Shown piece by piece: positions 9,483 through 19,959 of a stretch of 64,000 nt of DNA (its first letter is position 1; every line of letters starts with the position of its first letter). The position numbers and the translations under genes are program-made. Source of the stretch: Meiothermus sp. (GTDB lineage: Bacteria; Deinococcota; Deinococci; Deinococcales; Thermaceae). The stretch covers positions 19,745-83,744 of the forward strand of contig JANRLD010000070.1 in NCBI GenBank assembly GCA_033762915.1. The letters are read 5' to 3'. Under the pieces are notes generated by a model that made no database searches, was not told where the DNA came from, and was given only the letters and a program-made list of their open reading frames with translations.

Positions 9483-9528
9483 CTCGGGTAGCCGCTCCGC
9501 AGCTATGGCGCACGCCACTCGGCCCTGG
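9483..9528 (-). repeat. 46-bp palindromic repeat, copy A
   Basis: Reverse complement matches 18241-18286 at 40/46 positions. Confidence 0.8.
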
Positions 9529-9575
9529 CACGCACTTACCGATCTGCTGATTCCTCACTTTCACCCTGGCGCAAC

Positions 9576-10370
9576 TTAGCGGTTGCTCTGGAGGAGTTGC
9601 TGGGCCTCTTGCAGGTGGCGGCGAACGACGTTGGCGGCCTGCTCGAGGAACTGAAGCACCTCCTCGACGGTCGGCTCACCCTGCTGCTGGGCCTGTTGGT
9701 CCTGGTTCTGCTGATTGTTTCCGCCCTGGCCCTGACCCTGGCCCTGGTTTTGCTCAGTAGTTCCGCCCTGACCCTGACCGGGCTGGGTCTGGTTATCTTG
9801 CCCGGGCTGGGTCTGGTTGCCCTGACCCTGGCCTTGCCCCTGACCGCCCTGTGGCTGGGTGCTCTGGCCCTGGCTAGGCTGGTTGCCCTGGCCCTGAGTC
9901 TGACCGCCCAGCGCACGGATGGCAGTCTCGAGGGTGGTCAGGGTGGTGCGGTGGCCATTAACCTGGGCCTGGAGGTAGGTGCGGGCGAGGCCCGCGCCGG
10001 TCTGACGCTCGAGGGTGCGGATGCGGGCTTCGTTGGCCGCGCCCACGCTGGTAGGAAGGGTGACGCCCAGACGGCGCGACAGGGTCTCGAGCTGCTGCTG
10101 ATTCTGGCGGTGCTCGGTGATCATCCGCTGGGCGAACTCGCGCACCTGCCCCTGAACGTCCCGCTGGACGGCGGACTCGGAAGACATAACCTCGAAGAGG
10201 TTGCTCTGCCCCAGCGCCTGCATGGCCCGAGTTAGCGTCGGGTTGTCCCGCAGCTGAACGCCCGGCTGGGTCTGCTGCTGATTTTGCTGGTTTTGCTGGT
10301 TCTGGGTCTGTGCCCCCGCCAGACCCGTCAACGTGAGGGCCACCGTCCATCCGATTACTGCTCTGTTCAT
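9576..10370 (-). CDS. DUF4142 domain secreted protein with Gln/Gly-rich insert
   Basis: NLFEVMSSE.A...VREFAQRMITEH, YLQAQVNGH and VRRHLQEAQQL motifs, plus a QGQGQG low-complexity region. Confidence 0.85.
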   Translation of the reverse strand: MNRAVIGWTVALTLTGLAGAQTQNQQNQQNQQQTQPGVQLRDNPTLTRAMQALGQSNLFEVMSSESAVQRDVQGQVREFAQRMITEHRQNQQQLETLSRRLGVTLPTSVGAANEARIRTLERQTGAGLARTYLQAQVNGHRTTLTTLETAIRALGGQTQGQGNQPSQGQSTQPQGGQGQGQGQGNQTQPGQDNQTQPGQGQGGTTEQNQGQGQGQGGNNQQNQDQQAQQQGEPTVEEVLQFLEQAANVVRRHLQEAQQLLQSNR

Positions 10371-10679
10371 GGGACTCCTTCCGAGCCCGCCACGCCCCTG
10401 TAGCGGGGGCGTCGGTCTGGCTCTGTTCGGCGGCCCTGCCCTCCGGGGGTTGCAGCATCGGAATGAATGCCACCAATCCAGCCCCCCGGGCCGGGCTCAA
10501 GGCCCGCCGAAGTCTGGACTTTATCGCCGAAAGCGCTGTGCCCCGGCTGTGCAGGCTCTTAAACCCGCCTTACCGCTGAAGTTGAACCCCCCAGCGCCCG
10601 ACGCCGCCTGCCCGGAAAACCGCCCCGCGCGAGACCTGCACTTTACGACTCCGAACTGCCCGGCGTTACTATAGGCCCC

Positions 10680-11747
<1,068 letters not shown>

Positions 11748-11749
11748 CC

Positions 11750-12223
11750 ATGCCTCGAGCCCTGTGGACAACCCTGTGGATAGCCCTGAGCGCTGGGCTG
11801 GCGCAGTTGTTGAGTTTTGTTGTACACGAGCGGGGTTTTGCACTGGGGTACGGTAGCGACTACACCTTGCAAGGCGATCTGGTTCGGGCCTCGAGGGCCA
11901 GGGAGTGGGTCTTCAGGCCGCGCTTCGAGCCGGGGCAGGTGACGGTGCAGATTCTGCCCCGCACCAACGACGGCCTCGAGTCCGAGAGCCTGCGGGCCTG
12001 CCGCCGGGGCGGCCACACCTGTAGATTCGCAACCGAGGTCAGGGTCCTGGGTCAGGGCCGGTTCCGTCTCGAGTTCAACCGGACGCTCCAGGGAAATACG
12101 CAGGTTTGGGTGGCCTACGGCGCGGAGGTTAACGGGGTTCTGGTGCTGACCTACCTCGAGGGGACAAGCCGCGTGGGGCTGCTCGAGCACTTCTGGAACA
12201 ACAGCAGACTTGAACCGAGATGA
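11750..12223 (+). CDS. Hypothetical secreted protein
   Basis: ATG 2 nt after the aminopeptidase stop; signal peptide MPRALWTTLWIALSAGLAQ. Confidence 0.6.
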   Translation: MPRALWTTLWIALSAGLAQLLSFVVHERGFALGYGSDYTLQGDLVRASRAREWVFRPRFEPGQVTVQILPRTNDGLESESLRACRRGGHTCRFATEVRVLGQGRFRLEFNRTLQGNTQVWVAYGAEVNGVLVLTYLEGTSRVGLLEHFWNNSRLEPR

Positions 12224-12349
12224 ACAAGGCTCAAGCGTCACCTCAAACAGTGCGCCGACCTCCAGCTGATGCAGTTGGGGGAACTCGAGCAGTGATTTTG
12301 GACCCGTCGCGTTGGCTGAAGCGCTTGAAGTCAAAGCGACGAACTCAGC

Positions 12350-12380
12350 AAAAAACCACCCGCCAAAACGGGTGGTTTTT
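12350..12380. terminator. Bidirectional intrinsic terminator (rpsA)
   Basis: AAAAAACCACCCG-CCAAAA-CGGGTGGTTTTT between convergent genes. Confidence 0.85.
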
Positions 12381-12397
12381 AGTTTCAGCTTTCGGCC

Positions 12398-14113
12398 TTA
12401 GGCCTTCTCTTTGTCCTCGTCCTTCAGGTTGAGCTGGCTCAGCAGGTCGCCGAACACGTCGCCCAACTTGACGTTGGTGGTGGAGGCGGTGGCCACGGCA
12501 GGGTCGAACTGGTTGTACTGGGCGGTCGCGCCGATCTGGCCGTAGTCGTAGTCGCGCTCGCGGATGCGACCGCCGTCGCGCTTGCCGCCGCCCTTGCCCG
12601 CCGGACGCTTGCCGCCGGGGCGGCCGCTGTCGCGGCGAGGGCCTGCGCCCTTGCGCTCGCCTTCCTCACCGTCGGAGGGGACCGAGATGGCCTGCGGGGG
12701 CGGGGTCAGGAGGCGCTTGCGGGAGAGGCTGATGCGCTGCTCGACGGGGTCGATTTGGAGGATCGCGGCCTCCACTTCGTCGCCCTTCTTGAACATCTCG
12801 GAGGGCTTCTCGACGCGCTGGTAGTCGATTTCGGAGACGTGGATCAGGCCCTCGATGCCGGGCTCGATCTCGACGAAGACGCCGAAGTCGGTCAGGCCGG
12901 TGACGCGACCCTTGACCGGGGTGCCGGGGGGGTAGCGCTCGGGGAGGGTCTTCCAGGGATCGGGCTGGGTCTGCTTGAGGCCCAGGCTCAGGCGGCGCTC
13001 GTTGGGGTCAATGCGCAGGACTTGCGCCTCGACCTCCTGACCTTCCTTGAGGATCTCGCTGGGGTGCTTGGGGCGCTTGGTCCAGGACAGCTCGGAGATG
13101 TGGATCAGGCCCTCGAGGCCTGGCTCCACCTCCACGAAGGCGCCGAACTGGGTCAGGCCGACGACCTTACCGTTGAGCCTCGAGCCGATGGGGTGCTTCT
13201 CGGCCACGGTCAGCCAGGGGTCGGCGCTGAGGGTTTTAATGGAGAGGTTGACGCGCTCGCGGTCGTTGTCCACCGAGAGCACCTTGGCCCGCACAGACTG
13301 GCCCTTCTGCACCACGTCGCGGGGGTGATTGAAGCGGCCCCAGGTGATCTCGGAGCGGTGCACCAGCCCGTCCACCCCGCCCAGCGCCACGAAGACGCCA
13401 AACTCGGTGACCTCGACGACCTGGCCCTCTACGATGTCGCCCTCGGCCAGCTTGGACAGCACGCCCTCGCGGGCGGCCTTAGCCTCGGTCTCGAGCACCA
13501 CCCGGCGGGACAGGATGACCCGGCCCTTCTTGCGGTTCAGCTCGATGATCTTCACTTCAAAGCTCTGCCCCACGTACTCCGAAAGTTCGGGGGTGCGCTT
13601 GAGGTCTACCTGGGAGGCGGGGAGGAAGGCGCGAACACCCTCGACGGTCGCCACCAGACCGCCCTTGACCTGCTCCTTAACCGTCACCATGACCGGCTCG
13701 GCGGAATCGAACAGGGCCTGGATTTTGACCCAGGAATTGTCCGACTCAGCGCGCTTCTTGGAGAGCACCACCTGGCCGTTATCCAGGTCGGCCCGCACCA
13801 CGTAAGCGCTCACGGCGTCGCCTGGCCTGAGCATGTTCTTCAACTCCTCTTCCGGGAGGTTCTCCTCGGTGAGCTGGTTGAAGGGGATGATGGCCTCGGT
13901 GCGTGCACCGATGTCCACCATCACGCCGTCGTTGGTGATCAGCACGACCGTGCCGGTGATGACTTGGCCGCGCTGGACGGACTTCTCGAGCCGGGCCTCG
14001 GCGTCTTGCAGGGCCTGCTCCATGCTGAAGACCGCCTGGGTCTCGGGGCTACCGGTTTCCACCGGGGTCTGGTTTCCGGTCTCTACCGGGGTCTGGGTTG
14101 CTTGCTCTTCCAT
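12398..14113 (-). CDS. rpsA: 30S ribosomal protein S1
   Basis: Five S1 repeats (GQVITGTV, RAFLPASQVD, GVDGLVHRSEI, GLEGLIHISELSW, GIEGLIHVSEI); GAGG RBS before MEEQAT. Confidence 0.96.
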   Translation of the reverse strand: MEEQATQTPVETGNQTPVETGSPETQAVFSMEQALQDAEARLEKSVQRGQVITGTVVLITNDGVMVDIGARTEAIIPFNQLTEENLPEEELKNMLRPGDAVSAYVVRADLDNGQVVLSKKRAESDNSWVKIQALFDSAEPVMVTVKEQVKGGLVATVEGVRAFLPASQVDLKRTPELSEYVGQSFEVKIIELNRKKGRVILSRRVVLETEAKAAREGVLSKLAEGDIVEGQVVEVTEFGVFVALGGVDGLVHRSEITWGRFNHPRDVVQKGQSVRAKVLSVDNDRERVNLSIKTLSADPWLTVAEKHPIGSRLNGKVVGLTQFGAFVEVEPGLEGLIHISELSWTKRPKHPSEILKEGQEVEAQVLRIDPNERRLSLGLKQTQPDPWKTLPERYPPGTPVKGRVTGLTDFGVFVEIEPGIEGLIHVSEIDYQRVEKPSEMFKKGDEVEAAILQIDPVEQRISLSRKRLLTPPPQAISVPSDGEEGERKGAGPRRDSGRPGGKRPAGKGGGKRDGGRIRERDYDYGQIGATAQYNQFDPAVATASTTNVKLGDVFGDLLSQLNLKDEDKEKA

Positions 14114-14273
14114 TCGCCTTTTCCTCTCCATCGCGGGCCATGCTCAACCCGTTTTTTTGATTTCCCTCGCGCAAAAAGCCCTGCCCAGGGTGCTGGGTTT
14201 GGGGTACGTAGTCTGCGCGACGGGGTGTCTGCGTTGAGCGCCGAATCTTAGGCTTCACGAGACATACCTGTTA

Positions 14274-14302
14274 GTTATAACACACGCCCTTCGATAACAC
14301 AA
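14274..14302 (-). promoter_or_regulatory. Sigma-A promoter of rpsA
   Basis: Minus strand TTGTGT-17bp-TATAAC with an extended -10 TG; implies a leader of about 155 nt. Confidence 0.6.
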
Positions 14303-14615
14303 CAGCACGTGAACGATTCAGGCTTGGGTCAAATATCGGCTCTGGGCCGGGCTTTTGGATTGAAAGTTCCGCGCCGTTTTGGCGGAGCTAAAGTGCCGCA
14401 CGGCTGCCCATTTAGGCGCACTTGCCCGGCTTGGGGGAGCTCGGCAGTGACCGTGCCGGAGGCGGCCTGAAAAACGCCCAAACGGCGGTTCTCGAAATGG
14501 TTTTGGCCCCCAGGGGTCTTTGATTGAGTTAAGGCCGTGGGGCTCAGCACGTCTGGGCGAGATATCGAGTCGGGTACAGAATCACCCATGAAGCTGGGTC
14601 TGCGTTCCGGCTTGG

Positions 14616-15239
14616 CTAGCCCAGCAGCCGGAAACGGATCAACTGCCCGAACATCCGTCCCCTGGCCCGCAGGCCGCCCCACCAGCCCAGCTTCTCCTCC
14701 TTGGTGCGGTGGGTGAGGCCCGGCAGCGGAACGTAGATCACTCGAGCCCGCTGGGCCTCGAGCCTGCGGGTCATGGCCAGCTCCACCGCAAAGCCCAGGC
14801 TGCCCAGGTTCGCCCCCTCGAGCAGCCTGCGCCGGAAGGCCCGCTGGCCCGACCAGTCCAGGGTCAGCCTCGAGGCCAGGGAGGTAAACCAGCGGCCCGA
14901 GGCGAAGAAGCCCACCGTGGCCTCGGCCCGGCGGGTCTTTAGCGGCTCCAGCAGCGATTGCAGGTGCTCGGCCCGCAACCCAATCAGGTCGGCGTCCAAC
15001 AGCAGCACCGCCTCGCTCCGGGTGGCCTCGAGCCCGACCTGGATCGCGCCGCCCTTGCCAACGTTGATGAAGAGCTCCAGCACCTTGGCCCCAGCCTGGC
15101 GGGCTTGGGCGGCGGTGGCATCGGTGGAGCCGTCGCTCACCACCCAGACCTCCCCGAGTTGCGCCTCGAGGCAGGTCTTAACCACCTGAGCGATGGTCTG
15201 GGCCTCGTTGTATGCGGGAATCAGGATCACAGCACGCAC
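14616..15239 (-). CDS. Glycosyltransferase family 2
   Basis: ILIPAYNEA, VSDGSTD, GKGGAI, LLDADL and SGQRAF motifs; GTG start with TAGACT 7 nt upstream. Confidence 0.9.
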   Translation of the reverse strand: MRAVILIPAYNEAQTIAQVVKTCLEAQLGEVWVVSDGSTDATAAQARQAGAKVLELFINVGKGGAIQVGLEATRSEAVLLLDADLIGLRAEHLQSLLEPLKTRRAEATVGFFASGRWFTSLASRLTLDWSGQRAFRRRLLEGANLGSLGFAVELAMTRRLEAQRARVIYVPLPGLTHRTKEEKLGWWGGLRARGRMFGQLIRFRLLG

Positions 15240-15569
15240 GGCACAGAGTCTACGTCGGGCGCATGAGCGTCGGGCGAAGACGGAGACCGCACGCCACAGC
15301 CTGCACATCGAACCCTCAACATCGGGCCCAGGACGGTAAAATCCCCTTCGCCATCGAATCGAAACATGAAGTCTGAATGAGGGTCATGGTGCCCACCAAA
15401 AACCCACTCCTCCGTCTGGCGCTCGAGGTTCGACTTCCCCAATGCCATGGGTCTATGCACCCGCACGGCAGGACAGCCCCCGACACATCCGCGGGGAACT
15501 GCGCCGGGCACGTCAGCACCGTCTATGACCGCCTTGCACATCTGCCCTGGTGCAACTTAGACTCCCCCC

Positions 15570-16508
15570 ATGAGTCAAGCCGTGGCGGTGCTGGGGGCCG
15601 GGGTGGTCGGCCTGAGCAGCGCGATCACCCTGGCGCGGGCCGGATACCGGGTGGAGGTCCTCAGCCGCGAGACCTCGCCCCACACCACCTCCGACCGCGC
15701 CGCGGCGTGGTTCGCCCCGCTCTCGGCGCTGGGCAGCCCGAGGTGGAAGCCGGTGGTGCTGGACAGCCTCGAGCAGATTCAACGCCTTAGCCAAGACCCC
15801 CGCTACGGCGTGCGGGCGCTGCCGGTCTACGAGCTCGGCCCGCACCCCCTCACCCCGCCCGCCATGCCGGAGTTGCGGGGGGTGCGCGACCTCGAGGACG
15901 CCTTTCCTGCCCCCTGGAACCATGGCTTCGCCTTCGACAGCTTCCAGATGGACGTGCCCACTTACATGGCGCGGCTGACGGAGGAGGCGAAGCGGCTCGG
16001 CATCGAGTTCAGGGCATCCGTCGTGAGTAACTTCGATGAGTTCCAGGGCTCCCACCGGGTGATCGTCAACTGCACCGGGCTGGGGGCGCGGGGGCTTGGC
16101 GACCCGGCGGTGTACCCGATCCGGGGGCAGGTCGTGCGGGTCAGCCGGCCCGAGGGCTTTCCTGATGCGGTGGTGAGCGGCGAGGGCGAGGAGGTTACCT
16201 ACGTCGTACCCCGGCTCAACGACATCATCCTGGGGGGCACCTATCACCACCACGCCGAGGGCCTCGAGCCCGACCCCAGCATCGCCGAGGCCATCCTCGA
16301 GCGCTGCCTACGGCTGCGGCCCGAGCTGGCCGAGAGCCGGGTGCTAGAGCACCGGGTTGGCCTGCGACCCGGACGCAGCGAGCCAAGGCTCGAGCTCGAG
16401 CCGCAGGGCCGGCTGCACATCATCCACAACTATGGGCATGGTTCCACCGGGCACACCCTGGCCTGGGGCTGTGCGCGGCGGGTTCTGGCACTGGTGGAGG
16501 GCCTCTGA
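15570..16508 (+). CDS. D-amino-acid oxidase family FAD oxidoreductase
   Basis: GAGVVGL, VNCTGLGA, PIRGQV, VGLRP and HNYGHG motifs. Confidence 0.92.
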   Translation: MSQAVAVLGAGVVGLSSAITLARAGYRVEVLSRETSPHTTSDRAAAWFAPLSALGSPRWKPVVLDSLEQIQRLSQDPRYGVRALPVYELGPHPLTPPAMPELRGVRDLEDAFPAPWNHGFAFDSFQMDVPTYMARLTEEAKRLGIEFRASVVSNFDEFQGSHRVIVNCTGLGARGLGDPAVYPIRGQVVRVSRPEGFPDAVVSGEGEEVTYVVPRLNDIILGGTYHHHAEGLEPDPSIAEAILERCLRLRPELAESRVLEHRVGLRPGRSEPRLELEPQGRLHIIHNYGHGSTGHTLAWGCARRVLALVEGL

Positions 16509-16541
16509 GAGCGGTTCCCACACATACTCCCTACGGTGGTA
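16509..16541 (+). repeat. Truncated copy of the TIR-plus-hairpin mini-element
   Basis: GAGCGGTTCCCACACATACTCCCTAC is nearly identical to 19799-19824 and starts directly after the TGA stop. Confidence 0.75.
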
Positions 16542-16678
16542 TAATTAACTCGACGTTCCCTGTCTTTTCCCTCTCAATTCTTGTCGGCCAGAACGGTTGC
16601 CCAAGGCGTCCCGGATGAACGGGCCTCGGCGTCCGCCGCGCTGCTCGGGCTCTTGGACTGGCTGTGCGGAGGTGGTCT

Positions 16679-17992
16679 ATGAAAACCATCCAGGGCATGG
16701 TCTCGAGCCGGTTCAGTCTGTTGTTTGGCCTGTTGTTCCTGCTGGGGTTGACCGCCTGCGGCTCCGCCCCCGCCCCTCAAGCGGGCAAAACTGTCATCCA
16801 TTACAACCCCACCGACTCCGCCCTGATCACCAGCCAAGACCCCAACGGGATCGCAGTGCTGGGTAAGCGGGACGCGGACGGTCTGCCCATCCAGATCAGC
16901 GACGTGTTCATGCCGTCCGAGGTGGCCCAGTCCCAAGACCACGCCTACCTTGACGACGACGGGCGGGTGACCAAGGTGGTGCTGGCCTCCGGAGAGTCTG
17001 CCACCTTCGAATACGTCTCGAGCACGCGGGCGGTGATGACGGTGCGGGTGGGCAAGGAGTCAGAGCGGGTTCCACTCGAGCTCACCCCGAGCGCCCTGCG
17101 CCAGAGCGCCCAGGCGGTGGGGCCGCAGGCCAGCGTGACCCTCAAGGGCCGCCTCGAGGCGCGCTGCGGCACCAGCCTGCTTAACGCCGACGTGGCCGGG
17201 TCGTTCAAGCCCAGCGTGGCCGACATCAAGGACAAGGGCCAGCCGCTGGCCTTCACCCAGCTTTCGCGGGGGATATGGGAGTACACCCTGCCCAACCTGC
17301 CCGCCCCCCCCAAGACCCCGCAAGGCCTCGAGGCCCAACTGGGGGCTATCTCGAGCTTGCTGGACGAGTTATGCGGTGCGGGCATCACCAACCTGATCGA
17401 CTCCACCATCCCCATCGGCACCAACGACGGCATCACCGAGGGGGCCAAGCAGTTCTGCCAGAATTACCTCACGTCTACCAACCCCAAAAACGCCTGCCAA
17501 AAGCTGATCAAGCTGATTAAGAAACTCTGCAAGGTCCGCAACGAACTTCTGAACGCCGTGGACATCATCTACTCCGACGCCTACTACACCGAGTACACCG
17601 TGCTGATGCACGTCAGCTTTAGCGCCGAAAACGTTAAGTACCTGCCCAATCTGACGGTCAAGGTCAGCGATACCAACATCCCCACCCAGGTCGCCACGCT
17701 GCCCCCCGACCCCAACCCCATCTTTGAGAGCCTGAGCGCCAACCCGCCCGACCCTGGCCCCAAGCAGGGCTACACCGTGACGGCCGTTCCGCTGTGCGCC
17801 GCAGTCGGGGTACAGGTGCAGATCTCGGTCTCGGGCACCGACAACTACAAAAACTCGATCACCGTGACCATCAGCGCCGGCAGCCCCAGTGCCTCGCTGT
17901 ACGTGCCCGGTGGCGGGGCCAGCGTGGTGGACACCATCAAGGTCAAGGTGCTGCCCAACGGGGTCGAAGAGACCCTGGTGATCGTGTTCTGA
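16679..17992 (+). CDS. Hypothetical Cys-rich lipoprotein
   Basis: GGAGG RBS and lipobox LTAC; 437 aa with no family I recognise. Confidence 0.8.
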   Translation: MKTIQGMVSSRFSLLFGLLFLLGLTACGSAPAPQAGKTVIHYNPTDSALITSQDPNGIAVLGKRDADGLPIQISDVFMPSEVAQSQDHAYLDDDGRVTKVVLASGESATFEYVSSTRAVMTVRVGKESERVPLELTPSALRQSAQAVGPQASVTLKGRLEARCGTSLLNADVAGSFKPSVADIKDKGQPLAFTQLSRGIWEYTLPNLPAPPKTPQGLEAQLGAISSLLDELCGAGITNLIDSTIPIGTNDGITEGAKQFCQNYLTSTNPKNACQKLIKLIKKLCKVRNELLNAVDIIYSDAYYTEYTVLMHVSFSAENVKYLPNLTVKVSDTNIPTQVATLPPDPNPIFESLSANPPDPGPKQGYTVTAVPLCAAVGVQVQISVSGTDNYKNSITVTISAGSPSASLYVPGGGASVVDTIKVKVLPNGVEETLVIVF

Positions 17993-18020
17993 ACCAAGCC
18001 TCGAGCCCGTCTTGCTCTGA

Positions 18021-18085
18021 CGCGGTTGTCGCGAATACCCGCTACTCTAAACACCGCCGTACAGGTATTGGCAGGAACCACGCTG
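18021..18085 (+). repeat. Degenerate TIR-plus-hairpin mini-element
   Basis: CGCGGTTGTCGC-GAA-TACCCGCTAC...GTACAGGTA-TTG-GCAGGAACCACGCTG, preceded by TGA. Confidence 0.5.
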
Positions 18086-18240
18086 AACCCAAGTGTCTAC
18101 ATACAAGTGCGAAACGCTGCCCCAGAAGGCCGTTGGGCGATTGCGCCAGTGGTGCAAAGAGCCTAACCCAACTCACTCCCCCGTAGCGCCCTCCTTTCCC
18201 TGGACGACTCTGCGGGGGACAAGACTTCCGGGGCGGCTAA

Positions 18241-18286
18241 CCGGGGCAGAGTGGCGTACGCCATAGCCGCAGAGCGGCTACCCAAG
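18241..18286 (+). repeat. 46-bp palindromic repeat, copy B
   Basis: Contains the perfect palindrome TGGCGTACGCCA and the hairpin TAGCCGC-AGA-GCGGCTA; 40/46 match to the reverse complement of 9483-9528. Confidence 0.8.
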
Positions 18287-18587
18287 CCCCTTCGGGCGTT
18301 TCGCAGCTCGAGGCTCCGGCAAATTATGAGTGCCGGAATTCGACATAACTTTGCACGAAGGCACGGGGCCCACCGAGGGCACCTCGAGCCTTTCGGCCGT
18401 CCAGGAGCCGCCTTGCCCAGTTTCCACGGGCCGCGCAGATTTACGCGCGGCGAAACGCGGCATAATCTGGCGCAACGAGCCTTGGAACAGGCAAAAACTC
18501 TGCGTACACTGTTCACTAACACAGATTGCCCTAGGCATCTCTGTCGTCTCCTCCGCCCTCTCACGATGTCTCTAGGAGAAATTAGCG

Positions 18588-19730
18588 ATGCAGTTCGAAG
18601 AAATGCTCACCCTATTGATCCACCGAGGTGCCTCCGACGTACACCTCCACGCGGGTCTGCCGGTCCTGGCCCGGATCGGGGGTGAGCTTCAGAACATCGG
18701 GCAGAGCACCCTCACGCCGGACTTCATGGTCAGTCTGGCCGACAAGCTCTGCACCGCGCAGCAGCAGGCCATGCTCCGCACCTACCGGCAGGTGGACGTG
18801 GCCTACAGCCTGCCCGGCCTGACCCGTCTGCGGGTTAACTTCTTCTACCAGCGCAACTCCCTGAGCGCCGTCATGCACATCCTCTCCCGCGAAGACACCG
18901 ACCTCTCCAAGGTCAACCTGCCGCAAGAAGCCCTCGAGTACTTTTCCGCCCAGAAGAAGGGCCTGATCCTGGTGACGGGGCCGATGGGCTCGGGCAAAAC
19001 AACCACCCTGGCCCGCCTCGTCGACGAGATCAACCAGAAGCACAAGCGGGTCATCATCAGCATCGAGGACCCTATCGAGTACCTGCACGTCTCCAAGCAG
19101 TCGGCCATCATCCAGCGTGAGATCGGCTCCGACACGCCCTCGTTCGAGCGGGCGGTGGAAGGCGCGATGCGCCAGAACGCCGACGTGATCGTGATCGGCG
19201 AAATCCGGGATCAGGCCACCGCCACCGCCATGTTTAACGCCGTACATTCGGGCCACCTGGTCATCACCAGCTTCAACGCCCCCGACAGCATGCTGGCCTT
19301 CGGGCGGATGCTCGAGCTGTTTAGCGGCTCAGAGCGCAACATCAGCCGCGTGCTGTTCGCCGAGGGCCTGCTGGGCATCATCCACCAGCGCCTGCTGCCC
19401 GCCGCCGACGGTGGACGGACCGCGGTGATCGAGGTCATCCGCAACAACCCCCGCCTGCGCGAGGCCCTCAAGCAGCCCGCCCAGACCGCCCGGCTGAGCG
19501 AGCTGATGCTCGAGACCAAGCAACCCGGCGAGCGCTCCTTCGACGAGCACCTGCTCGAGCTCTATCACGACGAGAAGATAGACTTCCAGACCGCCCGCAT
19601 GCACGCCCAGAACCCCACCCGCTTCGAGCTGGCCATCCTGCGCCAGATGGAGCCCGACCTCTCCCAAGGCCCCATCAAACGCCAGGACGACTGGCCGGAC
19701 GATGATCTGATAAACCCGACCAAGATGTGA
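18588..19730 (+). CDS. PilT/PilU-family ATPase paralogue
   Basis: ASDVHL, Walker A GPMGSGKTTT, Asp box IEDPIEY, Walker B VIGEIRD, altered His box GHLVITSFNA. Confidence 0.9.
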   Translation: MQFEEMLTLLIHRGASDVHLHAGLPVLARIGGELQNIGQSTLTPDFMVSLADKLCTAQQQAMLRTYRQVDVAYSLPGLTRLRVNFFYQRNSLSAVMHILSREDTDLSKVNLPQEALEYFSAQKKGLILVTGPMGSGKTTTLARLVDEINQKHKRVIISIEDPIEYLHVSKQSAIIQREIGSDTPSFERAVEGAMRQNADVIVIGEIRDQATATAMFNAVHSGHLVITSFNAPDSMLAFGRMLELFSGSERNISRVLFAEGLLGIIHQRLLPAADGGRTAVIEVIRNNPRLREALKQPAQTARLSELMLETKQPGERSFDEHLLELYHDEKIDFQTARMHAQNPTRFELAILRQMEPDLSQGPIKRQDDWPDDDLINPTKM

Positions 19731-19795
19731 CAGCGTTCACGCGAATACCCCGCCCACAGCGACTCGGACGTGCGGGGTATTCGTTCGAAGCGCTG
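19731..19795. mobile_element. MITE-like mini-element flanked by TGA...TGA
   Basis: CAGCG...CGCTG ends with internal CGAATACCCCGC...GCGGGGTATTCG hairpin homologous to 60100-60137. Left TGA is the pilT-like gene stop; right TGA is at 19796-19798. Confidence 0.7.
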
Positions 19796-19798
19796 TGA

Positions 19799-19855
19799 GA
19801 GCGGTTCCCACGCATACTCCCTACAGCGGTTTTTGCTGTAGGGAGTACATAACCT
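19799..19855 (+). repeat. Second mini-element end with a different hairpin cassette
   Basis: GAGCGGTTCCCAC-GCA-TACTCCCTACAGC-ggttttt-GCTGTAGGGAGTA (13-bp perfect stem). Confidence 0.75.
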
Positions 19856-19959
19856 GCCGCCGCGAGGGAGGTAAGGGTAGGAAAAGCGATGAGAAGCGCA
19901 GTCGAGGGTTGAAAAGGGCGGTTGGCACAACGAAGGACGTCAGCGGTTTCGGTTTTCGC

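Noticed and set aside
12231..12328. Another mini-element copy (TCAAGCG...CGCTTGA)
   Set aside because: Only 7-bp ends and no TAC...GTA cassette; too degenerate to call.
14329..15541. Small ORFs at 14329-14682 and 15227-15541
   Set aside because: No motifs or start signals; possibly gene debris but unsupported.
18120..18580. Known riboswitch (c-di-GMP or c-di-AMP) upstream of the PilT paralogue
   Set aside because: I could not match the consensus cores by eye; an Rfam scan is needed.
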